Source: Nitrospinota bacterium (GTDB lineage Bacteria > Nitrospinota > Nitrospinia > Nitrospinales > VA-1). From it: a stretch of 11,443 nucleotides of DNA. Position 1 is the first letter of the stretch; each line of letters opens with the position of its first letter. The notes beneath the pieces are model-generated. The model saw only the letters and a list, made by a program, of their open reading frames with translations. It was not told where the DNA came from and made no database searches. This document shows positions 1-7,328 of the stretch, piece after piece. The translations under genes were made by a program, and so were the position numbers. The stretch is from positions 1-11,443 of the forward strand of contig JAYNIA010000066.1 in the NCBI GenBank assembly GCA_038108555.1. Direction: 5' to 3'.

Positions 1-483
1 CAAAACTTTAAAAAGGCGAATGAAGAAGCAGCTAAAAAGTTTAGCGATGAACGGCAGAATCTTTATAACTCACTCAAGCTGGAAGGAATTGAAGAGGCCG
101 CAGTAAATATTTGTGTGACTTGTGATCGGACCCGTTTTGGCCCCAATGTCCTCGGAAGGAATACAGTGATCGACACGGATATCTTCAGCACTTGTTGCGC
201 GGTTCAGAATTTATGGTTGGCAGCAAGAGCAGAAGGTTTGGCAGTGGGATGGGTCAGCATCTTGTCTTACGATCAATTAAAAGAAGACCTTGATATTCCA
301 GACCACGTACAACCTGTAGCATACCTTTGCATAGGGCATACTGAAGCTTTTTACCCAAAACCGATGCTCGAATCCAAAGGTTGGGGAAAACGACTTCCGG
401 TGGAAGACCTGGTTTACTACAACAAATGGCAAGGGGATCCGGAAAACTTCAAAGTTCACTTTCGAGAAAAACCATCTAAATAA
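1..483 (+). CDS. bluB: 5,6-dimethylbenzimidazole synthase (nitroreductase-fold flavin destructase), 5'-truncated by the window edge
   Basis: Frame 1 is open from base 1 (QNFKKANEEAAKKFSDERQNLYNSLKLEGIEEAAVNICVTCD...), so the track start at 115 is internal. BluB-like motifs: YNSLKLEGI, GPNVLGRNT, STCCAVQNLWLAARAEGLAVGWVSIL, AYLCIG. Neighbours are cobalamin genes. Confidence 0.9.
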   Translation, partial: QNFKKANEEAAKKFSDERQNLYNSLKLEGIEEAAVNICVTCDRTRFGPNVLGRNTVIDTDIFSTCCAVQNLWLAARAEGLAVGWVSILSYDQLKEDLDIPDHVQPVAYLCIGHTEAFYPKPMLESKGWGKRLPVEDLVYYNKWQGDPENFKVHFREKPSK

Positions 484-497
484 GCAGTACATTTTTC

Positions 498-1634
498 ATG
501 ATAAAAAATTTTCAAAGCTTGAAAGGCAACTCTCCTTCTTATCCGGACCATGGAGGAAATCCCAAAGAAATTACAGAAAGCATGGGGATTGATCCCGAGT
601 TAATCCTGGATTTCAGTGCCAGCATCAATCCGCTGGGTCCCCCCTCTTGTGTTTCGCAACTATTATTGGAAACACCACATCTATTAAATGAATATCCTGA
701 CCCTGAATCCAAAAGACTAAAGAAGACCATCGCCGAATCAGAAAATATTCCTGAAGACTGGATCAGAATAACAAACGGCTCCACAGAATTAATTTATCTT
801 CTTCCTTTTCTATTTTCACCAAACCAGGAGTTATTAATCATAGATCCGTTCTTTTCAGAGTATGAGAAATCTTTTTCCAGGTTCAACATTACGATTCATT
901 CTCATATCCTGTCCCCGGAAAACAATTTTTCAATTCAGTTCCCTGAACTTTTACATCAATTGGAAAGCATCGAAAATCTTGGCGGGGTAGTAATGGGTTA
1001 TCCCAATAGCCCGACGGGCAACCTGCAGACATCGGAAATAAAAGATTTGACCGAGTATTGTTTATCACGGCAAATATCTTTATTCATTGATGAGACCTTT
1101 ATTGATTTTCTGGACCCAAAACTTTCAATGTGGAAAACATATAGAGAAAGTCCAAATCTGGTAATCATCCGGTCGCTGACAAAATTTTATTCCCTTCCAG
1201 GGTTAAGAATAGGTTATGGGATACTTTCCCCTGAAAAGAACGAAACCATTGACCTTCACCAAAACCCCTGGTCGGTAAATGCCCTCGCCCAGTTCATTGG
1301 CTCGGAAGTAATAAGGGATAATGAATTTAGAGCAAGAACCCGGTCCTGGCTTCAAGAAGAAAAGCAGTTTATGCTTGAAGAACTTGCCACCATCAAAGAA
1401 ATCGAAACCTTTTACTCTGAAACCAATTTTATTTTGTTTCGAATTCGAAACAACAAAACCGAACTGGCTCACCGTCTTTTCAAATTTCTTCTTGCAAACA
1501 ATATTCTCCTTAGAAACTGTGGCAACTTTATCGGACTTGACGAATGTTTCTTTAGAACTTCAATTAGAAACCGGAAAGACAATCAAAAATTAATAAACTC
1601 ACTCAAGGAATTTTTCAGTAATCTTCGGCCATGA
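498..1634 (+). CDS. cobD: L-threonine-O-3-phosphate decarboxylase (PLP-dependent, HisC-like class I/II fold)
   Basis: N-terminal HGGN and DFSASINPLGPP motifs typical of Salmonella-type CobD; YPD, NGSTELI, PNSPTG, IDETFIDF, RSLTKFYSLPGLRIGY (PLP lysine), LRNCGNFIGL. Stop overlaps cbiB start (ATGA at 1631-1634). Confidence 0.88.
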   Translation: MIKNFQSLKGNSPSYPDHGGNPKEITESMGIDPELILDFSASINPLGPPSCVSQLLLETPHLLNEYPDPESKRLKKTIAESENIPEDWIRITNGSTELIYLLPFLFSPNQELLIIDPFFSEYEKSFSRFNITIHSHILSPENNFSIQFPELLHQLESIENLGGVVMGYPNSPTGNLQTSEIKDLTEYCLSRQISLFIDETFIDFLDPKLSMWKTYRESPNLVIIRSLTKFYSLPGLRIGYGILSPEKNETIDLHQNPWSVNALAQFIGSEVIRDNEFRARTRSWLQEEKQFMLEELATIKEIETFYSETNFILFRIRNNKTELAHRLFKFLLANNILLRNCGNFIGLDECFFRTSIRNRKDNQKLINSLKEFFSNLRP

Positions 1635-2581
1635 GCTTGCCCCTTCAAGTTATAACTGCCTTCCTTTTGGATTTAATCATTGGCGATCCAAGGTCCTACC
1701 CTCACCCTGTCAAAGTAATCGCTAAAATTGCTCTTGCGTGCGAAAATTTCACACGAGGATTTTTAAAAAATAAAAAAGTAGCCGGAATCATTACCACTCT
1801 TTTGGTTGTTTTAGCTTCCTATTGTTTCGTTTATTTCATTATTGCTCTGCTAAATCACTTACACCCCTTTGCGGGAATTGCGGGTTCCATTTTCTTCATA
1901 TACGCAAGCTTATCCGTTCGGAATTTATTTGAAGTTAGCCTCCCCATCCAAAAGTTTTTAAGCGATACCCAATTACCCGAGGCAAGAAAAAGTCTTTCGA
2001 ATATTGTAGGAAGAGATACCCAAAACCTGGACGAGCAGGGAATTGTACGGGCTACAGTTGAAACCATTGCCGAAAGTACCGTCGATGGGATTATCTCACC
2101 CCTGTTTTACGCCGTTATTGGAGGAGCCCCTCTGGCCATATCTTTTAAAGCCGTTAGCACTATGGACTCCCTGTTCGGGTACAAGAACGAAAAATATTTA
2201 GAGTTTGGATGGGCCCCTGCACGGCTTGATGATCTGGCCAATTGGATTCCTGCCAGAATTTCTATACCTTTTATGACCCTTGGAGCTGTATTAGGAGGAG
2301 GAAATGGTAAAAATGCATGGAAAATTGCCTGCCGGGATGGTCATAAGCACCCCAGTCCCAACTCCGGTATTCCTGAAGCGGCGATGGCGGGGGCGTTAGG
2401 CATTCAACTTGGAGGCTCCAGCTTTTACTCGGGCATTGAAAACAATAAACCGCTTCTTGGCGACCCCATTAATAAATCAGAAACTCTGGACATCACAAAA
2501 AGTCATAAAATCATGTTTGCATCTTCCTGTTTGGCCCTTGTAATATTTTCAGGATTGCTCCACTTTTACCTTATAATATGA
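1631..2581 (+). CDS. cbiB: Adenosylcobinamide-phosphate synthase CbiB (membrane protein)
   Basis: LDLIIGDP-x-x-x-PHPV, IVGRDT, RATVETIAESTVDGIISPLFY, STMDSLFGY, FGWAPARLDDLANWIPAR, HPSPNSGIPEAAMAGALGIQLGG; several hydrophobic segments. Confidence 0.95.
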   Translation: MSLPLQVITAFLLDLIIGDPRSYPHPVKVIAKIALACENFTRGFLKNKKVAGIITTLLVVLASYCFVYFIIALLNHLHPFAGIAGSIFFIYASLSVRNLFEVSLPIQKFLSDTQLPEARKSLSNIVGRDTQNLDEQGIVRATVETIAESTVDGIISPLFYAVIGGAPLAISFKAVSTMDSLFGYKNEKYLEFGWAPARLDDLANWIPARISIPFMTLGAVLGGGNGKNAWKIACRDGHKHPSPNSGIPEAAMAGALGIQLGGSSFYSGIENNKPLLGDPINKSETLDITKSHKIMFASSCLALVIFSGLLHFYLII

Positions 2582-3318
2582 AAGCTATGAACGAATTTAA
2601 GATTTCAACAGCGGCTATACTTTCATTACTATTTTTCACCCAGCTTTCAGGTGCGGAAATCCTGCAGATGGATGGCAATCAGGACGGAAAGCTTGACCAA
2701 TGGCATCACAAATCTGAAAACGGGGGTTTATTGAAAATTGAGTATGATAAAAATGGCGACGGCAAAGTGGATCAGGTCGATCTTTATAACGGCAAGGAAA
2801 AACCGATTCGAGTCGAGCTAGACCGGAATTTTGATGGAACCCTCGACCAAATACAATTTTACAATCAGGAGTTCACCCTCACACATATCGAAAAAGATTC
2901 CAGAAACTCCGGCCTGATTGACTGGAGAGAGTTTTATTCAAAAGACGGCATCATCATACGCCTGGAAACAGATGAAAACAGGGATGGCAAGCTCGATATC
3001 TTCCAATTTTTCTCAGATGAAGGACGATTGGAAAAAGTAAATTACGATACCAATGCGGATGGTAAAGTGGACCGCTGGGAAACCTTTGAGGGAAACGAAC
3101 AATTAAAATCCGCAGCATTTGACACGAACAACGATGGCAAGGAAGATCAGTGGCAGTATTTCAAAAATTCAACCCAACTGATTTCCGTGGAATACGATAC
3201 AAATTTTAATGGGAAAATTGACCGATGGGAATATTATGATCCCCCTGGAAGTTTATCTCGAATAGAACTAGACAGCGACCACGATGGCATCATGGATATT
3301 GTAAAAAGGAAAGGTTGA
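2578..3318 (+). CDS. Secreted/periplasmic hypothetical protein with 25-aa tandem Dx[DN]xDG-type repeats
   Basis: 246-aa ORF; ATGA overlap with the cbiB stop (alternative ATG at 2587). Signal-peptide-like N-terminus (KISTAAILSLLFFTQLSGA), then 8 full and 1 partial repeats of exactly 25 aa. Confidence 0.85.
   Translation: MKAMNEFKISTAAILSLLFFTQLSGAEILQMDGNQDGKLDQWHHKSENGGLLKIEYDKNGDGKVDQVDLYNGKEKPIRVELDRNFDGTLDQIQFYNQEFTLTHIEKDSRNSGLIDWREFYSKDGIIIRLETDENRDGKLDIFQFFSDEGRLEKVNYDTNADGKVDRWETFEGNEQLKSAAFDTNNDGKEDQWQYFKNSTQLISVEYDTNFNGKIDRWEYYDPPGSLSRIELDSDHDGIMDIVKRKG
2671..3315 (+). repeat. Protein-level tandem repeat, period 25 aa (75 nt), about 8.6 copies
   Basis: Units begin DGNQDGKLDQW, DKNGDGKVDQV, DRNFDGTLDQI, DSRNSGLIDWR, DENRDGKLDIF, DTNADGKVDRW, DTNNDGKEDQW, DTNFNGKIDRW, DSDHDGIMDIV. 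D1, G6 and D9 are invariant and there are no indels. Confidence 0.92.
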
Positions 3319-3327
3319 TCTACACTT

Positions 3328-3705
3328 ATGAAACTCCAATCACAGAAATTTTTAACCTGTTTACTACTTATAGGATTAAGTTCCTGCGCCCCTAAACCCA
3401 CCAAAGAAGTGCCAGAACCTTATAAAAAGGGTCAAAAAGCATTTCATAAGATTTGCTCCAACTGCCATGGTTCAGATGCAATGGGCAAACACACCCAGGC
3501 TCCCCGGCTGATTGACGAGGAATATCTTGCGCCCAACTTTACTGACGACGACATCCGCGAAACGGTTTTAAACGGTACGGACAAAATGCCTTCCCAGAAA
3601 AAAAACGTCACCAGTGAAGAAATTACTGAGATCATCAAATACCTTCGTTATTCACAGAAAGCTGCCGGACTGGAACCTGAAGATGAAGAAGGGGAAGAAG
3701 GTTAA
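3328..3705 (+). CDS. Lipoprotein monoheme class I cytochrome c
   Basis: Lipobox-like LLLIGLSS-C20; single heme motif C43-S-N-C46-H47 preceded by GQKAF; GTDKM87P candidate distal Met ligand; C-terminal helix EEITEIIKYL; acidic tail EPEDEEGEEG. Confidence 0.88.
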   Translation: MKLQSQKFLTCLLLIGLSSCAPKPTKEVPEPYKKGQKAFHKICSNCHGSDAMGKHTQAPRLIDEEYLAPNFTDDDIRETVLNGTDKMPSQKKNVTSEEITEIIKYLRYSQKAAGLEPEDEEGEEG

Positions 3706-3738
3706 TTTGAAAAACTGGAAACTTTTCAGGAAAACATT

Positions 3739-4353
3739 ATGGACCCAATTTGGTTTTTAGCTGGAGGTTTCTTGCTAGGTTGTCTTCACGCATTGGAGGC
3801 GGACCATATAATAACTGTATCCAACCTTGTACTCAGCAAAGGTTCCTTAAAAAAAGCGTTGCGTCTTGCGCTGCAATGGGCCTTTGGCCACAGTCTGACC
3901 CTTACAGTTCTTGCAGCCCTAATTTTTTATTTGGATACGGCCTTTATGGCATTTATGAGCAATTCGGCAGAACAATTGGTAGGTGCAATAATGATCCTCC
4001 TGGGCCTTCTGGTTTTATTTCAAGAACTAAAATACGGTTCAAAGGTTGAAAATCCAGACCATAAACATATCAATTTTTCTGGCACACAATTATTTGGCAT
4101 TGGAGTGTTGCACGGAATTGCCGGTTCAGCTTCGATATTTTTATTGATTCCCGTTGCAATGACTAAATCTTTTGCTGGTGTATTTTCGTATGTCGGCTTT
4201 TTCTGCATTGGGATGATTGCAACCATGGGATTGTATGGACTATTGTTACAAAATTTTTCTTCAAACAAACAGTTCTCAATGCATTTACCCAAGGGAAGAT
4301 TCATTGTGGCAATTTGTTCGGTAACTATTGGATTTAAACTATTGGGAAGCTGA
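3739..4353 (+). CDS. UreH/NiCoT-like nickel/cobalt permease (about 6 TM segments)
   Basis: TM1 motif H17-A-L-E-A-D-H23 (HX4DH), WAFGHS, short His loop PDHKH, GIGVLHGIAGS, FCIGMIATMG. AGGA upstream of the ATG. Confidence 0.82.
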   Translation: MDPIWFLAGGFLLGCLHALEADHIITVSNLVLSKGSLKKALRLALQWAFGHSLTLTVLAALIFYLDTAFMAFMSNSAEQLVGAIMILLGLLVLFQELKYGSKVENPDHKHINFSGTQLFGIGVLHGIAGSASIFLLIPVAMTKSFAGVFSYVGFFCIGMIATMGLYGLLLQNFSSNKQFSMHLPKGRFIVAICSVTIGFKLLGS

Positions 4354-4386
4354 ATTTTCACCCTCCTCCTCTCGAAATTGAACTCT

Positions 4387-5445
4387 ATGAAGGAAATCAT
4401 TTCCCAAACCTTGAATCAGATCAAACCCGTTTCCCAGGAGCTTCAAAAAAGTGCCCAGGCTCATTTGGATTCTCTTACCAAACCTGTGGGCAGTCTGGGC
4501 AAACTTGAAGAACTTGCCAAACGCTATGTGTCCATACGAAACGGAAATTCAGAGTGTCCGGAGAAAATATCTGCAATTGTTTTTGCTGCCGATCACGGGG
4601 TGACCCAAGACGGTGTCAGCGCGTACCCTTCTGAAGTGACCCCGCAAATGGTTATGAATTTTTTGAATCAGGGGGCAGCCGTAAATGTTCTGGCCAATCA
4701 AATTAATGCGGAGGTAACTGTTGTCGATATTGGAGTCAATTTCGAATTTGACGATCACCCGAGCCTCCTAAAACGCAAAATTGCACCAGGCACAAAGAAT
4801 TTTTCCAAAGAACCCAGCATGACTCCCACCCAGGCTGAGGAATCAATAACCATAGGCATTCAAATCGCCGAAGAATCTTCAAAAAGTGGAGTGGATATTT
4901 TAATTACAGGAGAAATGGGGATAGGAAATACCACCCCCAGTTCAGCCATTTATTCCATTTTGGGAAACTGCCCTGTTGAAGAAGTAACAGGACGTGGAAC
5001 TGGAATAGATGATTCCACCCTTGAAAAAAAAATCTCAGTTATAAAAAAAGGGATTGAGCTTCATAAACCCAATCCCGAAGATTCTATGGATGTACTCACT
5101 AAAGTAGGTGGATTCGAGATAGGTGGAATTGCAGGTTTGGTTCTGGGTGCCGCAGCTAACAAAATTCCAGTGGTGGTAGATGGGTTTATATCAGGAGCCG
5201 GAGCTTTGCTTGCATTAAATTTGTGTCCTTCGGTCAGGGACTACATTTTCCCATCACATAAGTCATGTGAAGATGGACACCAGATTTTTTTCGATAAATT
5301 GGGACAGCCTCCCCTGCTGGATTTGGATATGCGTCTGGGTGAAGGAACAGGGGCATTATTAGCCGTTAACCTCATCAAATCGGCGACCAAAATCTACAAC
5401 GAAATGGCCACATTTCAAAGTGCCGGTGTTTCTGAAAAAAAATAA
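4387..5445 (+). CDS. cobT: Nicotinate-nucleotide--dimethylbenzimidazole phosphoribosyltransferase
   Basis: LTKPVGSLGKLEELA, VFAADHGV, SAYPSEVT, GEMGIGNTT, VTGRGTG, GGFEIGG, PVVVDGFIS, DMRLGEGTGA, MATF. ATG at 4387 preferred over the track's TTG at 4378. Confidence 0.96.
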   Translation: MKEIISQTLNQIKPVSQELQKSAQAHLDSLTKPVGSLGKLEELAKRYVSIRNGNSECPEKISAIVFAADHGVTQDGVSAYPSEVTPQMVMNFLNQGAAVNVLANQINAEVTVVDIGVNFEFDDHPSLLKRKIAPGTKNFSKEPSMTPTQAEESITIGIQIAEESSKSGVDILITGEMGIGNTTPSSAIYSILGNCPVEEVTGRGTGIDDSTLEKKISVIKKGIELHKPNPEDSMDVLTKVGGFEIGGIAGLVLGAAANKIPVVVDGFISGAGALLALNLCPSVRDYIFPSHKSCEDGHQIFFDKLGQPPLLDLDMRLGEGTGALLAVNLIKSATKIYNEMATFQSAGVSEKK

Positions 5446-5477
5446 TTTCAGCAGCTCTATTTTCAAAGTAGAACCTC

Positions 5478-5506
5478 TTGACAGGACAATTGATTTTGGC
5501 TAGATT
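5478..5506 (+). promoter_or_regulatory. Putative sigma70 promoter for dapL-folK
   Basis: TTGACA (5478-5483), 17-bp spacer, TAGATT (5501-5506) in the 116-bp gap after cobT; GGAG at 5551-5554 precedes ATG 5562. Confidence 0.72.
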
Positions 5507-5561
5507 GACTTCTTCTTTTCGCATTTTCTTTTTCTTCTCTTTTTAATATCGGAGTTACAGC

Positions 5562-6800
5562 ATGTCAGATGAAAGCTATATTCAGTCCCTATTTGCTGAT
5601 CGAATGGGTGGTAGCAAATTCGGAAAAGATACTAAAATTTATAAGTTTGAAAAAATTAAACGGGCCAAACGAGCCGCCCTTGACGCTAATCCCGGCAAAG
5701 AATTATTCGACCTGGGTGTCGGGGAACCCGATGAAATGGCAGACCCCGGGGTCGTTAAAGCTTTACAACTGGAAGCTGAAAAACCCGAAAACCGTGGATA
5801 TACAGATAATGGAATTGATGAGTTTAAAGCCGCTGCCTGCCAGTATATGAATAACGTTTTTGGCGTTCAGGGACTGGATCCCTGCAAGCACGTAAACCAC
5901 CTGATTGGCTCAAAGCCTGGACTGGCAATGACCCCGGCGGTTTTTATCAATCCGGGAGATGTAATCCTTATGACTGTTCCTGGATATCCGGTCATGGGAA
6001 CTCATTCACAATATCTTGGAGGAGAGGTCGTAAACCTTCCCCTAACAGAAGAAAACGGATTTTTGCCGGATTTAAAAAGTATCGATACTGCTACTCTGGA
6101 CCGTGCAAAAATTTTATTACTAAATTACCCCAATAACCCAACAGGTGCAAAAGCAACGCGGGAATTTTATGAAGAGGCTATTCAGCTTGCCAGGAAACAT
6201 AGTTTTATAATAATTCAAGATGCGGCATATGCAGCACTCACCTATGAAGGAAAACCGGAAAGTTTCCTCACCATCCCAGGAGCAATGGATGTAGGAGTGG
6301 AGTTCCATTCCTTATCCAAAGCCTACAATATGACCGGGTGGCGCATCGCATTCGTTGTGGGAAATGAACTAATTGTAAAAGGAATTGCCTCCGTAAAAGA
6401 CAATATTGACTCAGGACAATTTGCCGGAATTCAAAAAGCCGGAATCTACGCTCTGGAGCATCCTGAAATAACCGATCGAACGGTGGCAAAATACAAGCGG
6501 CGATTGAGTGCACTGGTCGAAGCCTTAAATTCGGTTGGCTTCAGTGCAAAAATGCCGGGTGGGTCTTTTTTCCTGTTTGTCAAAGCCCCTAAAGGAATCA
6601 AGGGCGGAAGGAAATTTGAAAATGGAGAGGAGTTTTCACAGTACCTTATTACTGAAATGCTGATTTCAACCGTTCCCTGGGATGATGTAGGCAATTTTGT
6701 TCGTTTTTCGGCAACGTTTGCTGCAAAAGGGGAAGAGGAAGAAAAAAGAATCATCAATGAAATAAAGTCCCGACTTTCAAACGTCGAGTTTGAATTTTAG
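5562..6800 (+). CDS. dapL: PLP-dependent class I/II aminotransferase, probable LL-diaminopimelate aminotransferase
   Basis: DLGVGEPD, IGSKPGL, PGYPV, LNYPNNPTGA, DAAY, EFHSLSKAYNMTGWRIAF. The N-terminus (FADRMGGSKFGKDTKIYKFEKIKRAK) and VKDNIDSGQF resemble proteins I recall being annotated as LL-DAP aminotransferase; substrate not provable from sequence. Confidence 0.75.
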   Translation: MSDESYIQSLFADRMGGSKFGKDTKIYKFEKIKRAKRAALDANPGKELFDLGVGEPDEMADPGVVKALQLEAEKPENRGYTDNGIDEFKAAACQYMNNVFGVQGLDPCKHVNHLIGSKPGLAMTPAVFINPGDVILMTVPGYPVMGTHSQYLGGEVVNLPLTEENGFLPDLKSIDTATLDRAKILLLNYPNNPTGAKATREFYEEAIQLARKHSFIIIQDAAYAALTYEGKPESFLTIPGAMDVGVEFHSLSKAYNMTGWRIAFVVGNELIVKGIASVKDNIDSGQFAGIQKAGIYALEHPEITDRTVAKYKRRLSALVEALNSVGFSAKMPGGSFFLFVKAPKGIKGGRKFENGEEFSQYLITEMLISTVPWDDVGNFVRFSATFAAKGEEEEKRIINEIKSRLSNVEFEF

Positions 6801-6833
6801 GAAGCTTACGAGATTCAATTCCAATATGAATCA

Positions 6834-7328
6834 ATGACCTACAGGGCTCTAATCGGTATCGGCTCTAATTTAGGAAATGCAGTTGAAAACTGCGAAAAAG
6901 CGGTATCGCTTATAAATAACTCCAACTTCATAGAGGTTTCGAAGCAATCCTCCTGGTACCGATCCGAGCCTGTCGGGATAACAGACCAACCCTGGTTCGT
7001 TAATTCCACTTTAGAAATTCAAACGTCCCTGTCGCCCGATGAACTACTCAAACACCTGCTCGACATTGAAAAAAAAATGGGTAGACAGCGGCGGGAAAAA
7101 TGGGGACCCAGAATTATTGATCTCGATATTCTGGACTATGAAGGACAAGTCATTAACTCAGAAACTCTTGTACTACCGCACCCTGAAATGACACAACGGC
7201 GATTTGTTCTCGAACCCCTCTGCGAAATTGCAAGTGCGACCTTGCACCCACTTGAAAAGAAAACGTTCATGGAATTACTAAAAGAACTCCCGGAAAAACC
7301 AACGGTTGAAAGAATTCCCGTATCATAA
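6834..7328 (+). CDS. folK: 2-amino-4-hydroxy-6-hydroxymethyldihydropteridine diphosphokinase
   Basis: IGIGSNLG, SSWYRSEPVG, QPWFVN, IEKKMGR, KWGPRIIDLDIL, LPHPEMTQRRFVLEPL. Confidence 0.96.
   Translation: MTYRALIGIGSNLGNAVENCEKAVSLINNSNFIEVSKQSSWYRSEPVGITDQPWFVNSTLEIQTSLSPDELLKHLLDIEKKMGRQRREKWGPRIIDLDILDYEGQVINSETLVLPHPEMTQRRFVLEPLCEIASATLHPLEKKTFMELLKELPEKPTVERIPVS

Noticed and set aside
498..1634. PNSPTG instead of PNNPTG as a sign of inactivation, or assignment as hisC
   Set aside because: This position varies in the family, the PLP lysine motif is intact, and the HGGN/DFSASINP motifs plus cbiB coupling favour CobD.
2671..3315. 75-nt periodicity considered as a CRISPR array, DNA tandem repeat or RHS toxin core
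   Set aside because: Conservation is at the amino-acid level within an open frame, with no identical DNA repeats or spacers; no RHS core end motif or toxin domain.
3708..3728. TGAAAA-N9-TTTTCA inverted repeat just before the permease RBS, a possible metal-regulator operator
   Set aside because: Only 6-bp AT-rich arms in an AT-rich genome, no adjacent promoter seen and no match to an operator I recognise.
4361..4370. CCCTCCTCCT anti-SD-like tract upstream of cobT
   Set aside because: No complementary SD nearby to sequester and no credible - strand gene that would use it as an SD.
484..5561. Cobalamin riboswitch within the cob cluster
   Set aside because: Intergenic gaps are too short (33 bp or less inside the cluster) and the 116-bp gap after cobT has no B12-box-like sequence; any riboswitch would lie upstream of the window.
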